Origin: Candidatus Limnocylindrales bacterium
Lineage (GTDB): Bacteria; Chloroflexota; Limnocylindria; Limnocylindrales; CSP1-4
Length of the DNA stretch: 38,061 nt
Direction of reading: 5' to 3'
Assembly (NCBI GenBank): GCA_035257225.1
Contig: DATEXG010000040.1
Span: 1 to 38,061 of the forward strand
The position numbers and the translations under genes were made by a program. The notes beneath the pieces are model-generated. The model did not search any database. It was given only the letters and a program-made list of their open reading frames with translations, and was not told where the DNA came from. Shown here piece after piece: positions 33,336 through 38,061 of this stretch (its first letter is position 1; every line of letters starts with the position of its first letter).

Positions 33336-34022
33336 TCAGGCTGGCGAGATTCCGCTTCGCAGACGCAGCCGGGGTCTCGCCGGAACCTCGTTGTAGAAGA
33401 CCGCATCCGCCCTGGATAGCGGGTCCTCCAGTTCGAGGTAGAGCTGCTGCCCGGGGAGATAGCGGGCGGCGTAGCGACGCAGTACCTCGTCCTCGGAACC
33501 GCATAGGGCCAGGTCACGCACCGCGGCCCGGCGCTGGGTCTCGGCGAAAGACACGGCCACGAAGACGCTGAAGTCCCACAGCTCGCTCAGGTCGTGCCTC
33601 AGAAGGAAGACGCCGTCGAACAGCAGGATGGAATCGGGGAGCGCCACCTCGACCGGGGAGACGACGGGCTCGTCGGCCCGATAATCGAAGATCCGGCGCC
33701 GAAACCGGCTCCCGCCTCCGCGCCCCAGTGGCTCCAGCAGCGCGGCTCGGAGGGCGGCATAGTCGAAAGAGTCGTGGAAGTAGCCCTCAGGAGACTCGGC
33801 GCCGCGCGCGAGCCGCTGGGCTCGCGGCCGGTGGAAGCCGTCGATCGAGGCTCGGATGACCGGTCGCCCCGCGCCCTCGAGGATGGGCGCCAGCTCGTCG
33901 GCCAGGACGGTCTTGCCGGCTGCGTCTGGGCCGTCGATGGCGACGCGAACCGGGTGCGGCTGATCGATCTCGAGGATCACGTGGGCCAGACGCTCCAGGC
34001 AGCGCATGCGTTCCGGCGTCAT
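33336..34022 (-). CDS. uridine-kinase-like P-loop nucleoside/nucleotide kinase
   Basis: Walker A VAIDGPDAAGKTVLA, the DGFH segment, and the Walker-B-like ILLFDGVFLL. The layout matches uridine kinase / PRK-family NTPases. Confidence 0.7.
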   Translation of the reverse strand: MTPERMRCLERLAHVILEIDQPHPVRVAIDGPDAAGKTVLADELAPILEGAGRPVIRASIDGFHRPRAQRLARGAESPEGYFHDSFDYAALRAALLEPLGRGGGSRFRRRIFDYRADEPVVSPVEVALPDSILLFDGVFLLRHDLSELWDFSVFVAVSFAETQRRAAVRDLALCGSEDEVLRRYAARYLPGQQLYLELEDPLSRADAVFYNEVPARPRLRLRSGISPA

Positions 34023-34184
34023 CGCGGCTGCTCGTACATGACGAGTAGCCTACCCAGGCCTGCTCGCTCGCGTCGCCGAGTCGGGCGGCCTACGTCGACC
34101 CGTCGCTCGAGACCACTCGATCCGCCGCGTGGCCCGACCGGTCGGGGAGCGGACTCGCGAACGCCTCAAGCGTAGGATTGGCCT

Positions 34185-34895
34185 ATGAACTGGTTCGCCG
34201 ATCCGCGCAAGATGCGCATGCCCGCTCCAAACGAAGTCCTTCCCGGTCGCACCGAGGCCATGCCCGTCCCGGAGCGACACGCCGTCCTCGGCTCGTCCCT
34301 TCGGCCGCCGTATCCCGCCGGCAGCGAGATCGCCGAATTTGGAATGGGCTGCTTCTGGGGTGCCGAGAAGCTTTTCTGGCAGACTCCCGGCGTCGTCTCG
34401 ACCGCAGTGGGTTACTCGGGCGGTTCCACACCCAACCCGACCTATGAAGAGGTCTGCACCGGTCGGACCGGACACATCGAGACCGTCCGCGTCGTGTTCG
34501 ACCCAAAGAAGGTCACATACGGCGAGCTGCTCAAGATCTTCTGGGAGGAGCACGACCCGACGCAGGGGATGCGCCAGGGTGGCGATAAAGGCACGCAATA
34601 TCGTTCCGCGATCCTGACCCACGACGAGGCACAGCAGCGAGAGGCCGAGGCGTCGCGCGACGCCTTCCAGGAGCGACTGTCCGCCGCCGGCAAAGGCAAG
34701 ATCACCGCCGAGATTCGCCCGGCCCCAGACTTCTACTTCGCCGAGGACTACCACCAGCAGTATCTGAAAAAGGTCCCGAACGGCTACTGCCCGAACCACG
34801 CCACAGGCGTGAACCTGCCTGCAGACTTCTTCAAGTCGGAAGGGGTGGCGCAACGGGCAGGCGACGCTGCGAAAGCCATCGAACAGGCTCGCTGA
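34185..34895 (+). CDS. msrA: peptide-methionine (S)-S-oxide reductase MsrA
   Basis: Active-site motif [13 protein letters not shown], plus [32 protein letters not shown] and DYHQQYL. Confidence 0.9.
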   Translation: MNWFADPRKMRMPAPNEVLPGRTEAMPVPERHAVLGSSLRPPYPAGSEIAEFGMGCFWGAEKLFWQTPGVVSTAVGYSGGSTPNPTYEEVCTGRTGHIETVRVVFDPKKVTYGELLKIFWEEHDPTQGMRQGGDKGTQYRSAILTHDEAQQREAEASRDAFQERLSAAGKGKITAEIRPAPDFYFAEDYHQQYLKKVPNGYCPNHATGVNLPADFFKSEGVAQRAGDAAKAIEQAR

Positions 34896-34990
34896 CGAGC
34901 CTGCTTGGGGGGTCTTCTGAAGCTGCAAGGTGGGGGAGCTGGAGAGCGAGGCGACTCACTGACTGGTTGAAGGGACGGCCGCAGAACTCC

Positions 34991-36577
34991 CTATCGGAGG
35001 CCGGTCACGACGCGGTTGCGGCCCGCCCTTTTGGCCGCGTACAGGTAGCGGTCGGCTCGCGTCAAGAGGTTGGACGGCGTGTCGGTAGCGAACGCGGCCA
35101 CGGCGCCGGCGCTGACCGTCAGCTGCAGGTCGCCGATGATCGGGCGCCATGGGTGGGCCTCGACGGTGCCGCGCATCGTCTCCAATACGGTCGTGGCTGC
35201 ACTCAACTCCAGCCCGGGCAGGACTGCCAGGAACTCGTCTCCCCCGAGACGGGCGACGAAACTCGGAGATTCTCGAGGGGCAGCGTAGCCGGACGCCAGG
35301 GTGGTCTCGAGCAGCCTGCCGAGTTCGCGGATGGCGATATCCCCGACCTCGTGGGATAGGGCATCGTTGACGTCCTTGAAATGGTCGGCATCGAACGCGG
35401 CCACGACCATTGGGACGCCCGCGAGCACGTCCTTGAGCCGTCCGGGTAGTTCCTCGTTCACGCTGCGTCGGTTCGGTAGCCCAGTAAGCGCATCTGTTCG
35501 AACCTGGAGCCGGAAACGGCGCGCCTCTTCATGTCCTTCCTCAGTGCCGAACATCGCATCACGAGTGCGCGCGGCGGCCTCGTGCCGGTTCGAATTGAGG
35601 CTCAAGACCTCGGCGTGGAAGACCTTGTACGTCTCGAGCGCCTGGTCGAAGCGCCCGACGGCAGCATGGAGCTCGGCCTGCTCGCGCAGTACCTCGACCT
35701 CGACCCCGGTGAGGAATCTTTCGACGCAGATCGCCCGGCACCGATCGAGGGTTGCCTGTGCCTCCTCGAACCGGCCTTGCCTGCGCTGCGCTTCGGCCAG
35801 GGTGAGCATGAACTCGGCCGGCGTTACCGCCTGAACGTCGCCGCCGCTGGCAAAAGCGGCCAGAGCATCCTCGAGCCCGCTTTCGGCCTTGTCGTATTCG
35901 CCCAACAGGATGTGGATCCGCGCCAGCGTATCGAGGAAGGTCGGGTTGAGACCCAGCCCGGTGCTCTCGGCCAGGTTGCGCATCGCCTCGGCGGCCGGCC
36001 CGGCACGCTGCGCGTCGCCGGCCTCGTACTCGGCATAGGCCAGGTTGTTCAGGAGGTTGAGTTGCCGCTCGAGGTCACCGATGGCCTCAAAGAGCCTTCT
36101 GGCGTCGCCATAGCGTTCGCGTGCCTCGTCGAAGGATCCTGTCACCGCATAGGCGTCGCCCAGCCGCACGAGGAAGTTGCCTCGCGTGCGCAGCGGGGTC
36201 GTGTCGTCGAGGAGTTCGACTGCGCGCAATGCATGGTCGAGACAGGAGGCGGAGTCGCCGACGCTCTCGTAAACCGATGACAGGACCAGGTGGCTGCGAG
36301 CCAGCAGCATCTGAGGACCGTGCTGGCGTGCCCACGTGTTCACTTCGCTGGCGAGGCGGGCACCGGCGGTTACCCGCCCGCTGCGCTGGAGCATGTCCGC
36401 TTGGACGAGCCGGGCCCGCATCTGAAGGTCTAGCTCTCCGGCGACGACGGCTTCCTGCTCGGCTTGTACCGCACGTTCCAGCCGCGAGGCCACACCAAAC
36501 GCCCGGTGATACTCGAGGTCGTCCAGGAGGTCGGAAAGGCGCGCCGGTTCCGGGTTAGGCGTCATGTCGCTGCTCAT
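34991..36577 (-). CDS. TPR-repeat diguanylate cyclase (GGDEF domain)
   Basis: The C-terminal domain has DALTGLPNRR, FDADHFKDVND, an intact RLGGDEF and LLTRADRYLYAAKRAGRN. The N-terminal ~330 aa are TPR-like repeats (GDSASCLDHALRAVELL, GDLERQLNLLNNLAYAEYEAGD, and others). There is no RxxD I-site five residues upstream of GGDEF (the sequence is RESP). Confidence 0.85.
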   Translation of the reverse strand: MSSDMTPNPEPARLSDLLDDLEYHRAFGVASRLERAVQAEQEAVVAGELDLQMRARLVQADMLQRSGRVTAGARLASEVNTWARQHGPQMLLARSHLVLSSVYESVGDSASCLDHALRAVELLDDTTPLRTRGNFLVRLGDAYAVTGSFDEARERYGDARRLFEAIGDLERQLNLLNNLAYAEYEAGDAQRAGPAAEAMRNLAESTGLGLNPTFLDTLARIHILLGEYDKAESGLEDALAAFASGGDVQAVTPAEFMLTLAEAQRRQGRFEEAQATLDRCRAICVERFLTGVEVEVLREQAELHAAVGRFDQALETYKVFHAEVLSLNSNRHEAAARTRDAMFGTEEGHEEARRFRLQVRTDALTGLPNRRSVNEELPGRLKDVLAGVPMVVAAFDADHFKDVNDALSHEVGDIAIRELGRLLETTLASGYAAPRESPSFVARLGGDEFLAVLPGLELSAATTVLETMRGTVEAHPWRPIIGDLQLTVSAGAVAAFATDTPSNLLTRADRYLYAAKRAGRNRVVTGLR

Positions 36578-36737
36578 CGTAGGGGTATCGGCACCCGGCC
36601 CTCTTCCCCCAGCACGACTGCCCGCGGCGCCGGCCCCCCCGCGTCGCCCTATCAGTCTAGACCTGCCATGTTACGGCAGAACCCACGCCGGGAGGATAGA
36701 CGCGGGTAGCCAGCCCTGGCAAACCTTGGCGATGGCA

Positions 36738-36780
36738 GCAGTACATGCGCTGTTGAGAACCCCAACGCTACATGTACTGC
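36738..36780. promoter_or_regulatory. extended perfect inverted repeat in the GGDEF / small-membrane-protein divergent intergenic region
   Basis: GCAGTACATG (36738-36747) and CATGTACTGC (36771-36780). The interior can extend the stem (GC.GTTG / CAACGC). It lies about 160 nt upstream of the GGDEF start and about 150 nt upstream of the 36930 start. Confidence 0.3.
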
Positions 36781-36929
36781 TCACGGAACAGGGGTGTCGT
36801 GCCCGGTGGGGTCTTCAGGAGCGAGTAGGCGGCCCCGGCACTTGGTTCGAGGCGACGGGGCCCATGCTGGGCTGGCTTCGGCTCCTCTGAACCTAGGGGT
36901 GAGATCGTACTGCGTATCATTTCCCTGCA

Positions 36930-37280
36930 ATGAGCTGGGCAAATCTCGGCCGTCGAGCCAGGGCGTTCCGCGTCGTCCACACCGCGTGGTCCGTGGTCAG
37001 CCTCGCGTGCCTGGGCTACATCTGGGCCTGCGCGGTGACGGGTCGCCGCGATCGACGTCTGTGGGCAAGCGTCGCCTTTCTCTCACTCGAGGGAGCTGGA
37101 CTTGCCGTGGGCCGGGGCAACTGCCCGATGGGGCCGCTCCAGGCTCAGTGGGGTGACCCCGTGCCCCTATTCGAGCTAGTCCTGCCGCCTCGCGCGGCGA
37201 AGGCTGCGGTCCCTGTCCTGGCCGGGATCACGGTCGCCGGCATCGCACTAGTCGTCGTGCGCCGGCCGCGTCGGGGGTAG
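36930..37280 (+). CDS. hypothetical small membrane protein (about 3 TM)
   Basis: 116-aa ORF with hydrophobic spans (VVHTAWSVVSLACLGYIWACAV, WASVAFLSLEGAGLAV, AAVPVLAGITVAGIALVVV). No family recognised. Confidence 0.45.
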   Translation: MSWANLGRRARAFRVVHTAWSVVSLACLGYIWACAVTGRRDRRLWASVAFLSLEGAGLAVGRGNCPMGPLQAQWGDPVPLFELVLPPRAAKAAVPVLAGITVAGIALVVVRRPRRG

Positions 37281-37495
37281 GCTGCCGAACTCATCCAGGC
37301 ATTGAACCCCCATGGCGGGTCACCGTTCGCAATCGCCGCAAGCTCGGGCAGCGGCTCCGGCTGCGTTCTCCGAACGCGCGAAGCGCCGTTGAGCAGGGAT
37401 TGGCAGGACGACAGGGGGGAAGTAGCCTGAACACAGGCTCGAATGTACGCGGGAGATTGGGCAAACTGCAACAGAGTCCAGGGAGGGTCCCGACC

Positions 37496-37936
37496 ATGGG
37501 CGCAGGGGGTTTGGCCAAGAAGTTGGGTGGCTGGCCTATATGTCTCATCTTCCTGGCCGGGTGTTCGAGCGGGTCGGGCACCGGCCCGATCACCACGTCG
37601 GCATCCGCCCCGCCCGCGTCGGCTCCGCCCATCTCCGCGACCCTCACGCCTGGCGTTCCGATGTGCATCCTGGAACTACCGGCGCAGGTTGCGGGTGACG
37701 AGACCCCGATAACCTTCGTCTACTTCGGCCGTGATGCTACGAGATGCGCCCAGGACCTGGCGATTCTCAACGACCCGGTGACGGGTTCGCAAGCACAGCA
37801 CCCCGCGAAGATAGTGACTGCCGTGCCATCTGGAAGCCCCGTGTGCTCTGACACGGCGGCAGACGGCACGCGATACGCGATATACGGAACGCTCGCGGCG
37901 CAGCAGGCCTGCGGAACGGCGGCGCAGGGCTCCTAG
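37496..37936 (+). CDS. hypothetical lipoprotein
   Basis: ATG 37496 (RBS GGGAGGG) gives MGAGGLAKKLGGWPICLIFLAGCSSGSG (lipobox LAGC). A Pro/Ala/Ser linker and a small domain with four Cys follow. Confidence 0.55.
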   Translation: MGAGGLAKKLGGWPICLIFLAGCSSGSGTGPITTSASAPPASAPPISATLTPGVPMCILELPAQVAGDETPITFVYFGRDATRCAQDLAILNDPVTGSQAQHPAKIVTAVPSGSPVCSDTAADGTRYAIYGTLAAQQACGTAAQGS

Positions 37937-37966
37937 AGGGAGCGGCGTGTCGGCCCGCCGGGAGGC

Positions 37967-38061
37967 TCAGTCTTTCGACAGCCAGAGGGCGATGTCTCCT
38001 GCGGACGGGATGCGCCCCGCGGAGACAACCTTGCCGTCGATGACGAGACCCGGCGTGCTCA
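37967..38061 (-). CDS. 3' end of a thioredoxin-fold (glutaredoxin-like, MTH895-type) protein, partial
   Basis: The reverse strand reads ...[30 protein letters not shown] with the stop at 37967-37969. This matches the typical C-terminus ([19 protein letters not shown]) of small redox-active disulfide proteins. Confidence 0.55.
   Translation of the reverse strand, partial: STPGLVIDGKVVSAGRIPSAGDIALWLSKD

Noticed and set aside
1-38061. Search for tRNA, rRNA, tmRNA, CRISPR arrays, transposases, integrases, prophage or defence-island genes.
   Set aside because: The intergenic regions longer than 150 bp are 4042-4459, 8588-8987, 9576-9798, 11600-11801, 13180-13593, 25746-25963, 36578-36929 and 37281-37495. 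None shows cloverleaf-like or spaced direct-repeat structure. No ORF has recombinase, transposase, restriction or abortive-infection hallmarks.

Overview
The window is a GC-rich chromosomal segment (roughly two-thirds G+C by eye). Its codon bias and gene content look actinobacterial or Chloroflexi-like. All family calls below come from motif recognition in the supplied translations; no searches were run.

I support about 37 protein-coding genes, two of them partial at the window edges. I found no rRNA, tRNA, CRISPR array, transposase, integrase or phage genes.

Most of the content is housekeeping or metabolic:
- Metabolism and cofactors: DUF885 protein, class-V aminotransferase, ThyX, L-LDH, predicted PPi-dependent PFK, FolE plus a RibD_C-type reductase, FGGY kinase, uridine-kinase-like NTPase, MsrA.
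- Transport, envelope and hydrolases: MscS channel, Nramp-family transporter, membrane-anchored alkaline-phosphatase-family protein, MBL-fold hydrolase, DUF3089 lipoprotein, HtrA protease, VOC protein.
- Regulation: IclR and HxlR regulators, TPR-GGDEF cyclase.

Four loci stand out.
1. 6365-9575 (-): a three-gene module with two paralogous coiled-coil proteins followed by a ParA/MinD/CpaE-type ATPase that carries a degenerate receiver domain. There is no Tad/Flp pilus context. I read it as a candidate uncharacterised positioning or cytoskeletal module, and it is my best candidate for a novel system.
2. 17853-21148 (-): a group-3b-hydrogenase-like electron-transfer module made of a beta-gamma fusion and a delta small subunit, preceded by a stand-alone cNMP-binding protein. 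No [NiFe] catalytic large subunit is present.
3. 23132-24469 (-): a complete GreA fused in frame to an N-terminal extension of about 290 aa that looks GIY-YIG-like.
4. 10689-10904: a divergent thyX / SatD-like regulator promoter region with a 14-bp-arm perfect palindrome, repeated half-sites, and a promoter geometry that predicts a leaderless regulator mRNA.

Smaller observations are listed in the findings. They include a non-canonical Nramp metal site, an ankyrin/aminotransferase operon, palindromes in divergent promoters, and a 15-bp tandem repeat.
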